DNA of 49,043 nucleotides from a virus (Duplodnaviria; Caudoviricetes), in IMG/VR virus record IMGVR_UViG_3300033148_004867, positions 1 through 49,043 of that record, one strand, 5' to 3'. The notes under the pieces were generated by a model, which had not been told where the DNA came from, ran no database searches, and saw only the letters and a program-made list of their open reading frames with translations. This document shows, one piece after another, positions 37,247 to 46,640 of the stretch (position 1 is the stretch's first letter; the number at the start of each line of letters is the position of its first letter). The position numbers and the translations under genes were made by a program.

Positions 37247-39526
37247 TTAAACTCCCATACCATTTGCATAATTCATTTTAGCCTCCTGTATTATACGCAC
37301 TCCTTTTATGTTACCTTTGGTATATATCAGATGCGGATAATTAGATTTGAAACGCTGCGAAAATTGAGCTTTCATACCGCTGGCTATGCCGTTATGCCTA
37401 CTCCAACCACGCCATACATCGAACAATAAGTTTATATCTGCATAGAATACTCCGGGGTCCTGATTTTTATTATCTTTTGCGAATTCACAACATTCTTCTA
37501 CAAATACATATATCGGAGATGATATTGCCCTGAACTGGTTTTGAAGAACTACTGAAGTATCTGGCAAAGTAAATTTTTGATTTTTTCGTAATCGTTTTAA
37601 GCCACGAAGGGCAAAATTAATCAATTTGCCTTTGTCAGCTTCTTTATTTAACCGGGTTTTAAGGTGTCTATCCTCCCTACCAGCGTAAGAATTTTCAAAG
37701 AATAATAAATTTAAACGTGGCTCTAATGCAGAAGCATGGTCTGTAAAAGCTGGCAATTCATTCATTGCCATAGTAAAACGGCACTTTAACTGTACAGTCG
37801 GAAGCTGTGTAATCCCTTTCCGATTAATTGTTACCGGGTCGCCCCCAACAATTTGCAGTAATTTTTCTAATGCAGAGTTGGCCTGAGTAGCCCGTGGTGT
37901 CTTAGCATCCCCAATAAGGGCAGCTAATTTACCTTCTAATGGCTGTAAGCCAAATTGCCCGCATAACGATTGAAAACTGGACTCACAACATTGCTCGTAA
38001 CCCAGCATGTGCCGCATAGCCTCCAGCACTGTTGATTTACCAGACCTTGGGCGGCCAGTAAATATCATCATCTTTTCATAGGACATATCGGGTACGCAAT
38101 TATACCCCATCCATTCGGCAAGTAAATCAATCTTAGTTGAGTCATGATTAAAAATATCAAGAAGGAAGTCGTTCCACTCGTCCGATTCAAGGTCCTCATC
38201 AAAGTCATACGGTATAACATTTCTGGTAAAAAATGCCGGAGTAGGATTATGCAGGACTATTTTGCCTTTTTCATAACGGCTAACATCAAGTATACCGTTT
38301 TTAAATGAAATTAGATTTACCGGGTCAGGATGTTTCTCATCGTCCAGCCATAAAGGTGGGTCTTTAGTAATAGGACACCACCTATTAAGAGCGTCAAAAA
38401 TATCACTAACTTTTGCACGGGACGGTTTGTATGGAACAACAGTAGTTACCCCATTGGTGTCAACTTTCCTACATTGTTTACCTTCAAGGTAGCGATAAAG
38501 TTTTCCTCTTAACAATTCCACCGCCTGCTTTTTATAGCATCCTTCTGAATATTCAAGCCACGCACCTTTATATAATCGAATCCTTGGGAACCCATTCTCT
38601 AATAGCTCATCTTCCAGCCAACTTTTCGCTATGGTATGAGCTACCTCATCTTCAAAAATATTATCCGATGGAGCAGCCCCGGCCCCATCTATTTCTGTCA
38701 ATAAAAGTTCTTGTGTTAGGCCATTTTTAACCCAGGCCCGTAAATCTTTTATGCCTTCAGGCGGCATTAGTTTTACTACATTTTGTGTTAATTTACAAAC
38801 TGTCAGGAAAGTTGCTTCCATTCCAGCCTTGCCTGCTCCAGCATCGTTCTCCCCAATAATAGCTACGGCCCGATTATATAACGGCATACTCTGTAGTATC
38901 TTCAAGCCGCCCTGGGCTGATGGCCTACCGATAGCCTGAAAACCAAGGTCTAATGCAGCAAGAACATCAGTTTGTCCTTCTACTATAAGTATCGGTAAAT
39001 TCGTTTGACCTAATACAGTCTCACAGTGGGAAATATTACCCTCTGGTTTCAAAATATGTAAGAAAGTACCTTCTCCACATGGTCCAATTGAGCCTGTTTC
39101 ATTACCGCAAAGCACCGCTGCTGGATTTTCAATATCATCGGCTGATACCATGCACCATTTAGTCCGGCCACATAATGGGCAAGGTAAATCAACAGAACAA
39201 CGAACCCAATTATGGCGGCCTGGAACATAGCGTTTTTGATACTCGCCATACTCTGGATTAATAACATAAGTCAGGCCACGTTTTGAACCTTCAACGGTAC
39301 ATTTTTTGCCATCATTAAATCGGCGGGTTAGCCCGATTACTTCACCTTCAGCATTACGTTCTGCAAAAATCCAAGAAGGCCCGGTAAATTCATAGCCCAC
39401 ACCCAGGAGTTTCAAAGAGTCTGTAGTTACGCTGAGGTGCTCTGCAAGATAATTTAGCATGCCAGGGTAAACATTTTGCTTATATTCCTCAAACAAAACT
39501 GCAAAATCTAATTTGGGCTTAGGCAT
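37247..39526 (-). CDS. Primase-helicase (Zn finger + TOPRIM + D5/P4-family SF3 helicase)
   Basis: CPLCG..WC; IVEGQTD; END; ISFKNGILD; GRPRSGKST; LEGK; MNELP. Confidence 0.9.
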   Translation of the reverse strand: MPKPKLDFAVLFEEYKQNVYPGMLNYLAEHLSVTTDSLKLLGVGYEFTGPSWIFAERNAEGEVIGLTRRFNDGKKCTVEGSKRGLTYVINPEYGEYQKRYVPGRHNWVRCSVDLPCPLCGRTKWCMVSADDIENPAAVLCGNETGSIGPCGEGTFLHILKPEGNISHCETVLGQTNLPILIVEGQTDVLAALDLGFQAIGRPSAQGGLKILQSMPLYNRAVAIIGENDAGAGKAGMEATFLTVCKLTQNVVKLMPPEGIKDLRAWVKNGLTQELLLTEIDGAGAAPSDNIFEDEVAHTIAKSWLEDELLENGFPRIRLYKGAWLEYSEGCYKKQAVELLRGKLYRYLEGKQCRKVDTNGVTTVVPYKPSRAKVSDIFDALNRWCPITKDPPLWLDDEKHPDPVNLISFKNGILDVSRYEKGKIVLHNPTPAFFTRNVIPYDFDEDLESDEWNDFLLDIFNHDSTKIDLLAEWMGYNCVPDMSYEKMMIFTGRPRSGKSTVLEAMRHMLGYEQCCESSFQSLCGQFGLQPLEGKLAALIGDAKTPRATQANSALEKLLQIVGGDPVTINRKGITQLPTVQLKCRFTMAMNELPAFTDHASALEPRLNLLFFENSYAGREDRHLKTRLNKEADKGKLINFALRGLKRLRKNQKFTLPDTSVVLQNQFRAISSPIYVFVEECCEFAKDNKNQDPGVFYADINLLFDVWRGWSRHNGIASGMKAQFSQRFKSNYPHLIYTKGNIKGVRIIQEAKMNYANGMGV

Positions 39527-39562
39527 CTTATTCTTTCTTTTGTCTTAAATTTTAAGGTAAAA

Positions 39563-39612
39563 ATAAGATAGCTGGTTAAATGAACGGTGCGGTTACCTGC
39601 CAGCTATCTTAT
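39563..39612. other. Perfect 13-bp inverted repeat upstream of the primase gene
   Basis: ATAAGATAGCTGG-N24-CCAGCTATCTTAT. Confidence 0.7.
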
Positions 39613-39627
39613 CTATATAAGCTGAAC

Positions 39628-40485
39628 TTATCCGCATTCTCCGAGAACAGTATCGACAATTTTACTCCAATCTTCACCAGAAATTTCATCTTCAATTTGG
39701 CCAGGAGCAACTCGATGCATAGCTGCTGTAAAAGCAGTAGCTAATTGTTCATCACTAACAGTTTTTAGTTTATTTTCATAGCATTTAGCCCAAGCTGTTT
39801 CATACGTAAGCCCCTCACTTTTAGTAGCAGGCGGCACGGGCGGGATAGGCGGTGCAGCAGGCTTCTTATCTGCATTCTCAGGTACAGGCTCAGGTATGGG
39901 AGCCGCAGCCTCGGCTATAGCTTCAGTTTCTGTCTTTGCAGGAGGTGGCGAAGGTGGAGTTATAGCGGCTGTAGGGGCTTTAACGGTTTTAGCAGATGCA
40001 GCTTTACGGCCACCACTTAGATTCTTCAAAGCAGTAGCATATCTGGCATTCATTTTTGCCAGTTCGTCAGGGTCCAATTTTTTGACTGCACCCGTGCCAG
40101 GAACATCATCATATTTCCCGATACGTGCAACACTAGGTTTAGTTTCGTTATTAAACGTGTTAGCTACAACCTCAAATTGAACCTTAGCCCCTTCAAGGTC
40201 AAGCTCATTCAAGCCAGATAAAGAAGCCCCGTCCCACTCAAATACATTTTGAATGTCCTGTGCATGAAAAATCGGGTTGCCTGTTTTATCAAATAACACT
40301 AAATAAGCTGTAATCTCACAGTCATCCCTGGGAGTCCAGTCAACCCATACCTTTTCGTCAAAGTCATACTTTTCTAATGCCCGCAATTTTATCACAAGTT
40401 GAGGTAATTGATTTTCCTTTGTAGCACCTACGGCATGCTCTATAACAACGCCACGATAAGGTGCAAACTCTTGAATTAAACTCAT
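39628..40485 (-). CDS. Probable ssDNA-binding protein (OB-fold-like) with Pro/Ala-rich tail
   Basis: Follows the nuclease and AAA genes; Y.G.V...G..Q.V.. strand pattern. Confidence 0.5.
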   Translation of the reverse strand: MSLIQEFAPYRGVVIEHAVGATKENQLPQLVIKLRALEKYDFDEKVWVDWTPRDDCEITAYLVLFDKTGNPIFHAQDIQNVFEWDGASLSGLNELDLEGAKVQFEVVANTFNNETKPSVARIGKYDDVPGTGAVKKLDPDELAKMNARYATALKNLSGGRKAASAKTVKAPTAAITPPSPPPAKTETEAIAEAAAPIPEPVPENADKKPAAPPIPPVPPATKSEGLTYETAWAKCYENKLKTVSDEQLATAFTAAMHRVAPGQIEDEISGEDWSKIVDTVLGECG

Positions 40486-40506
40486 AATTTTCCCTTTCAA
40501 AAAGTG

Positions 40507-41424
40507 TTAATTATCTTTAATTTCTTCGTCAAATAAAAACTGCCAGATAGAGTCATCATCCGGGCCAGCAAATGCAACTACTGCTTTGTCCAACCCTAAT
40601 GTACGAGACTTTGCTCGAAAATGTGGCTCAGGGTGAACAAAAACTGCTCTTTCGTCTGTACCAGTAATTTTTTTATTCTCATTAACAACTGAAAACTGAT
40701 AGCCAATACGAAAGATATGGTCCGCCCATTCACAATAAAGAGCCTCAATATTAGCATTTTTACCACTATATAAACGTGGCCCTTCACGTAAAAAATCTTC
40801 TCCGCCTGGATTAGCGATATTGTGTGGCGTTGACTGAGCAATAATAATAACATTCTTATCACGACGTATTAAGGCATCACAATCTACTAAAATTAGCTTC
40901 ATTGTGTCATATAGATGCTGATAGCCTTTATTATAACCATACCGTACAATGCTATCCATTTTCACGCCTTTGTCATTTGTAATGTTTGCAAGTACGTAAT
41001 CTACTGCCCATTCTTGTAAATAAGTAACTTGGTCGATGATAATAGTTTCACAGCCATCATAAATATCAGCCTGTAATGCTGCTCGGACATCGGCAAAGTC
41101 AGTAATACCCGGAACATTTCGTAAACCCGGTATCAATTTCCCGCCATCATCGATGCCGATAAATACCGGGAGTGGAGCCATGCTTGCCAAAGTAGTTTTA
41201 CCCATGCCTGATTCACCATAAATAAGAATTCTTTTACCCTCACCTGCACAATTCCATGGTTGGACTGAAAAGCTCTTTACTGATACTTTAGTTTGTGCCG
41301 GGGCAATTGGTGGAGGCGGCGGCTTAGCACTGGCTACCTTTCTCGGCTGGGATTTTCTTTGTCCTTTATTCGACGCTGTAGGGGGGGTAGGTATCTTACT
41401 TATATCTAATTTTTCGATTGCCAT
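40507..41424 (-). CDS. AAA_24/Sak4-like ATPase
   Basis: ILIYGESGMGKTT, TIIID, YG..KGY, EWAD, AKSR. Confidence 0.85.
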   Translation of the reverse strand: MAIEKLDISKIPTPPTASNKGQRKSQPRKVASAKPPPPPIAPAQTKVSVKSFSVQPWNCAGEGKRILIYGESGMGKTTLASMAPLPVFIGIDDGGKLIPGLRNVPGITDFADVRAALQADIYDGCETIIIDQVTYLQEWAVDYVLANITNDKGVKMDSIVRYGYNKGYQHLYDTMKLILVDCDALIRRDKNVIIIAQSTPHNIANPGGEDFLREGPRLYSGKNANIEALYCEWADHIFRIGYQFSVVNENKKITGTDERAVFVHPEPHFRAKSRTLGLDKAVVAFAGPDDDSIWQFLFDEEIKDN

Positions 41425-41456
41425 ATTTTGCCTCCATTTTAATTTTATGATTATTT

Positions 41457-42641
41457 TTATTTTCTAACCAAGCCTTCAGGCAACTCACCATCAGGGTCAA
41501 CTCCATTATAGCAAATATCAATATAATCACATCTATATGTAGCTTCACATTGACGCTCACAATGATACCAACTCCCTAACTTGAAATGAGACTTAATTGA
41601 AGCTAAGATACCAGATAATTCATTAAAAAATCGGTCAATTTCAGCATCAGTTTTTGGTATCTCCCGACGGACAAAATAATGTTCAGGCCGTTTTGCAATA
41701 TCAACAAGAAGCCTGGCTCCGTACATTTCAGGGGTTTCACAGATTATAAAAGTTCCTTCTTTTGCACCCGGTATGACCTTAGCCTGTACGTTATCTACAT
41801 ATATTTTTTGTTCTTTCCCGTCGATTTTAGTTTCTACTACTTCAAATTTCTGCCCACAATACATACCATCATTGATAAATTGTTTGCTATCTTTTTGAGT
41901 TAATCTTTTAGGAGAAATTTGTGGCTTTCTAAAAACGCTATAAAACAGACTGTTAATAGGTTTGGTAAGCTGTGGCAATTCTCCTTTAGCCTGGAGCATC
42001 CGCATAATATAAAGGTATAAAGTAGTCTGCGTATCAAGACTTAGATGATTCCAATATCTTGAACCGGGGTCAATACTATCAGAAGTAGTTTTATGCTCAA
42101 CGATACCGAGACTCCCACCTAAATCGATTACCTTATCTACAAACCCAGTTACTTTTAAATTATTAATTACCCGACCGTTTTTATCAAAAATTGGGGTATC
42201 AAATTTAAATTCCCGGAGTACAGTATTTAAAGGTTGTCCGGCATAATACCATTGATATGCAGCCGCAGCGTAAAGAAGCCTTACCCGTTCTACAGCCCAT
42301 TTTTCAGGGTCCATTGAAGGTGGCATCCTGGAATAAGCATCATCAATTACTTTAGTTGCAGCAAGCAACGTGTCATAAGGGACCAAGCCAATGCCATCAC
42401 AAATAGGACAGCCAGCTTTAGCGGCTTTACCGTCATCTGTATTAAATACACAAGTACATGCTGTTCCAGGTTTCAGACTCATAATCTCCATTATAGTATG
42501 CCAATTTGTACCTATTCTAAAATGGTCCGGTTCCTCTGCTTTACGGATGCCTTTAATGTATCTTAAGAAATACTGATAAGGACAGGTTTTAAAACAGCTA
42601 ATTGATGATGCAGATAGCTGCCAGGATTTTTGTTTTACCAT
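41457..42641 (-). CDS. PD-(D/E)xK exonuclease (RecB/Cas4-like)
   Basis: LSASSI..F.TCP, G...H, GFVD, EHKTT, Q..LY, C-terminal Cys cluster. Confidence 0.85.
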   Translation of the reverse strand: MVKQKSWQLSASSISCFKTCPYQYFLRYIKGIRKAEEPDHFRIGTNWHTIMEIMSLKPGTACTCVFNTDDGKAAKAGCPICDGIGLVPYDTLLAATKVIDDAYSRMPPSMDPEKWAVERVRLLYAAAAYQWYYAGQPLNTVLREFKFDTPIFDKNGRVINNLKVTGFVDKVIDLGGSLGIVEHKTTSDSIDPGSRYWNHLSLDTQTTLYLYIMRMLQAKGELPQLTKPINSLFYSVFRKPQISPKRLTQKDSKQFINDGMYCGQKFEVVETKIDGKEQKIYVDNVQAKVIPGAKEGTFIICETPEMYGARLLVDIAKRPEHYFVRREIPKTDAEIDRFFNELSGILASIKSHFKLGSWYHCERQCEATYRCDYIDICYNGVDPDGELPEGLVRK

Positions 42642-42643
42642 GA

Positions 42644-42904
42644 TTATTCTCCAATAAAAGTTTTACAGTCTTTACAGCCCCCATACGTAAAGCACTTACC
42701 ACAGTGCCACCTGTCATATTTTTTATGTGGATTCACATATCGATGCCTATATTTATAATGTGCCCAAGAACAGTATAGCCATTTCTTAGGCCAGTCCAGC
42801 CACCACATTTCAGCTACAAGTTGAAACCAATACCAACGGCACAGCCAACGCAGTCTCCAGTCATCTTTTTTCCACTGTTTTATTTTTTTAGACCAATTAC
42901 TCAT
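42644..42904 (-). CDS. Trp-rich, Cys/His-containing small protein
   Basis: AAAGGA RBS; 86 aa. Confidence 0.55.
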   Translation of the reverse strand: MSNWSKKIKQWKKDDWRLRWLCRWYWFQLVAEMWWLDWPKKWLYCSWAHYKYRHRYVNPHKKYDRWHCGKCFTYGGCKDCKTFIGE

Positions 42905-42927
42905 AATTATTTTCCTTTCACAATTAT

Positions 42928-43083
42928 TTAAGGTGCATGGTGGTCAAATGTAGTATCATATTCTTCTCTTTTTGGGCAAAACTTATGCATTGCTGCTATA
43001 ATAGCTCGCCCTGCCTTTTCAGCCTCTTCTTCAGTTTCAAATTCTATGCAGTAATTTTTTGTCTCAGTACGGACAATTTTCAT
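42928..43083 (-). CDS. 51-aa hypothetical protein (MKIVRTETKN...)
   Basis: Translated by hand; TAAGGAG RBS. Confidence 0.6.
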   Translation of the reverse strand: MKIVRTETKNYCIEFETEEEAEKAGRAIIAAMHKFCPKREEYDTTFDHHAP

Positions 43084-43092
43084 TTTAGCTCC

Positions 43093-43959
43093 TTACTTAG
43101 TATAAGTATTACTTATAATACCTTCTGCTGCAAGTGGCAAACCTTCAGCCCATTCAGGCCCAGAGCTAACAATATCTAATACCTTTTGTAAATTTTCCTC
43201 AGCAGAATGGGCCGGTGTTACTGCAATAATCTCGTCATGTACATGTAACACAACCGGCAGGCCTGCTTTTTCAGTTTCGAGTATCCAATGCACTAACAAA
43301 TCACGAGCAATTGCCTGAACTATATTTTCTACCAAGCTCCCACCCCACAAATGGCCATGATAGTATTTTAAATCATTAGTTTCAGCACAGCCACGACTAA
43401 TGGAAGCCTTAGGATAGTATAATACCCGCCCAGAAGGCAGTTGAATATTAACAGTTTTATTTTTATTCCAAAAAGTAAGTAAATCTTCTGAACCTAATAC
43501 AGCATATCGCATCACTTCATGTGGGTATTTTATGACTAATCGGAAACACCTTTCAACAGATTTCCAAAGGGCCGGAATGCGAGAATAAGTCGTCCGGTAT
43601 CCTTTAATTAGCTGCTGTACAAATAGCTGGTCATACTGTCCGCTATCAAATAAAGGACGCAATCCAGGATTTTCAAGGCAACGTTGGTAGAATTTAGCAG
43701 GACCGAGTCCGAAACCTGAACCAAGAATTGTATCCTTTGCGAATCCTCTTCGTATAGAATATAAAGAATAGATTGAAGGCGGGTCAGATTTCTTAGGCTT
43801 GCGTAATCGGGCACCAAATAATTTTGCCCCGAATTCACTATAAATGTCCCGATTCTCAGCAAATGCTTGTATCATATCTTGCTGGCCTGCCAACCAAGCT
43901 AAAATTCTTGCCTCTATTTGGGCTGAATCTACTATTATAAGTTTGGATACATTAGGCAT
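43093..43959 (-). CDS. Family A DNA polymerase, C-terminal half (palm/fingers)
   Basis: Motif A DSAQIEAR, motif B R.FAKDTILGSGFG, LPSGR, ENIVQAIARD, motif C VHDE. Confidence 0.93.
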   Translation of the reverse strand: MPNVSKLIIVDSAQIEARILAWLAGQQDMIQAFAENRDIYSEFGAKLFGARLRKPKKSDPPSIYSLYSIRRGFAKDTILGSGFGLGPAKFYQRCLENPGLRPLFDSGQYDQLFVQQLIKGYRTTYSRIPALWKSVERCFRLVIKYPHEVMRYAVLGSEDLLTFWNKNKTVNIQLPSGRVLYYPKASISRGCAETNDLKYYHGHLWGGSLVENIVQAIARDLLVHWILETEKAGLPVVLHVHDEIIAVTPAHSAEENLQKVLDIVSSGPEWAEGLPLAAEGIISNTYTK

Positions 43960-44515
43960 CTTTGTTATCGTCTAATAAAGCTATATCATTTTTTATTTCA
44001 TTGCCCCACACGTCCCAGCCAGGAACCTTTTCACGGGCAAACAATTCTATACGAGGTAAGTCTCCGACAAGCTGTATTATATTATCACGAATTATATCAG
44101 GTTTACGGGAGTGTTCACGTAAAGGCGAGATAACTAAATTTCGTACAGAAGCATTGATTCGTTTAATCCTGCCTTTTGTAGCAAGCAAACATAACTCTGG
44201 ATTAGAACGGGTCCAATTTCCACCGCCGAAATGATAAGTATTTTTCCGGGTTTTTACCCAGGTAAATGCAACTGTTTTATACTGAAACCCCCATGCCTCA
44301 ATACATTTCAAAGCAAGAGGTATTTCTGAGTTCATAACCCATAAAAATAAGATGCAGTTATCGTCAGCTATTTTATTGATAGGCAGAGCAATAATATCTT
44401 CAGCCTTCATAGTATCATACATACAGTCTTTTGCCTGCTGGCTCAGCCCTTTACGCTTGCGGAAATTAAATTTCCATGGAGGGTCAGCATATATTATCTG
44501 ATATCTTTTAAGCAT
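43952..44515 (-). CDS. MT-A70 family N6-adenine methyltransferase (copy 2)
   Basis: YADPPW, LFLW, WGF.YKT, W.K, HSRKP, ELFAR, GWDVWGNE. Confidence 0.93.
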   Translation of the reverse strand: MLKRYQIIYADPPWKFNFRKRKGLSQQAKDCMYDTMKAEDIIALPINKIADDNCILFLWVMNSEIPLALKCIEAWGFQYKTVAFTWVKTRKNTYHFGGGNWTRSNPELCLLATKGRIKRINASVRNLVISPLREHSRKPDIIRDNIIQLVGDLPRIELFAREKVPGWDVWGNEIKNDIALLDDNKDA

Positions 44516-44531
44516 ACAATCCCTTTAATTT

Positions 44532-45074
44532 TTAAAAAGTTATATCACTTTCTACTTCATTACCCCATACGTCCCAACCGGGAGTTTTTTTACGAGCAAA
44601 TAATTCTATGCGAGGTAAATCTCCAAAAAGCCTAACTATCTCACCCATTATTTGAGGGGGTTTAGCAGAATGCCGACCACGGGGCCACATTTGTATCTGC
44701 TTAACATTTTTAGCCATCCTTTTAGGCCTACCTTTTTTCCCAAACAAACATAATTCTGCATTGCCGTTCACCCAATGCCCCAGCCCCGAATAAATTCCTG
44801 CCCCTTTAGGATTTAATTTAACCCAGTTAAATAAACAAGTAATATATTTAAAACCCCAAGCATCAATTACTTTCAATGCTTCAGGAAGTTTTGGCATTGT
44901 AGCCCATAACGCTAATGCACAATCGTCAGCACAAATTTTTGATACTGGCAAAGCCATAATTTCAGATAAAGGCATCGGGGGATATTTAAACCCACCTAAT
45001 TTAGGGTTGCAACCTTTACGGTCATCATATAGCCAAGGCGGGTCGGCACATATTATATTATATTTTCTAAGCAT
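44532..45074 (-). CDS. MT-A70 family N6-adenine methyltransferase (copy 1)
   Basis: CADPPW, LALW, WGF.Y, W.K, HSAKP, ELFAR, GWDVWGNE. Confidence 0.93.
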   Translation of the reverse strand: MLRKYNIICADPPWLYDDRKGCNPKLGGFKYPPMPLSEIMALPVSKICADDCALALWATMPKLPEALKVIDAWGFKYITCLFNWVKLNPKGAGIYSGLGHWVNGNAELCLFGKKGRPKRMAKNVKQIQMWPRGRHSAKPPQIMGEIVRLFGDLPRIELFARKKTPGWDVWGNEVESDITF

Positions 45075-46224
45075 ACAATAGCTCTCTCATTTTAGTTATC
45101 GATGGATGGGTACCTTGTCCAGCCCGGCCCCTGCCTCCTAAATTTTGGAGACAAATCCCCCCTGAACCCGAAAAACGGCCAGTGTGGCAGCCGAAATATG
45201 AGAGGGGTACGGGTAATTTACCGTTACACACTTTAGCCAGTTCTTTCATAGCCAAAATACGTTTTTGATGAAGCGGCCAAGACTTCACTGCCTGCCGGGC
45301 CTCCATTAAATTACGTACCTCATCTTTAGGATGAGCTAAAAGTAATTTACACCCGTCATCTGTCTTTGCAAGAGCAGGGCCAACGCCGGGCTGTCCGAGC
45401 AAGGCCGTCATTTTTTTACCCGGTCTCTTATGTGGTTTAACAGGCACAGACTCGCCCTTTGGCAGTACTGCCTGTAATGCCTCAACAAATGACAAATTAC
45501 CTGATAATTTTTTTGCCGATAGCCCGGTTTTCTCACAGGCCTCAGTAATATATTTTTGCATATCTTCAACTAACTTATCAGCTAATTCAAAATCGAAATT
45601 TAGCCGTGGCTTAAGATAAAGGTCAATTGTATGCCGAGCAATTTTTAATTCAATCTTTGGGTTAGTTAGATACGGCAGGAGTATTTTAAACAGGGCATAT
45701 TCTAATTCTATGTCATTTATGCAGTAATGATACATTGCTTGTCTTTGTTCGTCCGTCATATCGGCAAGATGCAGACCAAGAAAACTTTTAGTCTCACCTT
45801 TAGCCGGTAGCTTTTCTCGTTTTGCCATATCTTTCAGCTTATGCGACCGGCGGCTGTCAAAATGAGCGTCAAGATGTTTTAAATCAATCATATATTTTGG
45901 GCTGATTTTATAATGTTCCTGAAGGATTAAAGCATCAAACTGGACATTTTGTATCACAACTGTAATGTTTTCAAAGTCAGAGCCATAAGCAGCTTGCATA
46001 GTTACAAAATATTTCTCAAGTAAATCAGCCCATACAAAAAACGCCTCACTGTTATCGTGGGAAAACTTAAACCCACACCCGATTGTTTCAAACCTATCAT
46101 CGGTAACATAGGCCCAAGTACTCATTTTAGAGAGACTATAATCCTTATCAAAATAAGTCTCGAAGTCAAGAATTACAAAATCTGAGGGATAACCAGCCGA
46201 TTGTAAAACCTCAGTAGTAGTCAT
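45067..46224 (-). CDS. Family A DNA polymerase, N-terminal half (3'-5' exonuclease plus thumb)
   Basis: ExoI LDFET, ExoII N..FD, ExoIII YCIND, HTGRFSG..LQNL. Confidence 0.9.
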   Translation of the reverse strand: MTTTEVLQSAGYPSDFVILDFETYFDKDYSLSKMSTWAYVTDDRFETIGCGFKFSHDNSEAFFVWADLLEKYFVTMQAAYGSDFENITVVIQNVQFDALILQEHYKISPKYMIDLKHLDAHFDSRRSHKLKDMAKREKLPAKGETKSFLGLHLADMTDEQRQAMYHYCINDIELEYALFKILLPYLTNPKIELKIARHTIDLYLKPRLNFDFELADKLVEDMQKYITEACEKTGLSAKKLSGNLSFVEALQAVLPKGESVPVKPHKRPGKKMTALLGQPGVGPALAKTDDGCKLLLAHPKDEVRNLMEARQAVKSWPLHQKRILAMKELAKVCNGKLPVPLSYFGCHTGRFSGSGGICLQNLGGRGRAGQGTHPSITKMRELLYA

Positions 46225-46640
46225 TATAGTTCCTCACTTAAATAAAATCCAGTTTTGATGTTCCCTGCAACCTTTTCATGTTCCCACGCTTCAATAATAT
46301 GGTCTAATTCGACTAATAATGACTCAATCCTTTCAGGATGCTCTTTTTCGCATTCCCACCATTTTTGTATCAAATTACGGATAACGGCAAGCAAACAAGG
46401 CACTTTCAGTGGGCGAGTACTTTTTTTACCAGACTTTTGAAATCGGCTAAAAGGCAATCGACCTTCATCTTCAATTTTAGCCGGGTCGATACAATTTTTT
46501 AATTGCAGAATTCTTAATTTGTCTTGTGAAGTACAAGTTACGTTATAGGCCTTCATTAAAGTACGTTCTATCCAGCCATGATAATATCGGCGTAACTGAA
46601 ACAACCTCGGATTGCCAAATGTGAAGCCTTTTTTTGGCAC
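46224..46640 (-). CDS. Hypothetical protein
   Basis: GTG start; 1-nt overlaps on both sides. Confidence 0.6.
   Translation of the reverse strand: MPKKGFTFGNPRLFQLRRYYHGWIERTLMKAYNVTCTSQDKLRILQLKNCIDPAKIEDEGRLPFSRFQKSGKKSTRPLKVPCLLAVIRNLIQKWWECEKEHPERIESLLVELDHIIEAWEHEKVAGNIKTGFYLSEEL

Noticed and set aside
45058-45069. TAG readthrough or recoded stop joining the polymerase halves
   Set aside because: The TAG is followed by AAA ATA TAA in frame, and other genes read normally in the standard code
43952-45074. Group I/II intron, intein or ribosomal bypass in polA
   Set aside because: The gap is fully occupied by two ORFs overlapping the pol halves. There is no visible ribozyme core or intein termini, and 1.1 kb is far longer than known bypasses. 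Only RT-PCR can formally exclude splicing
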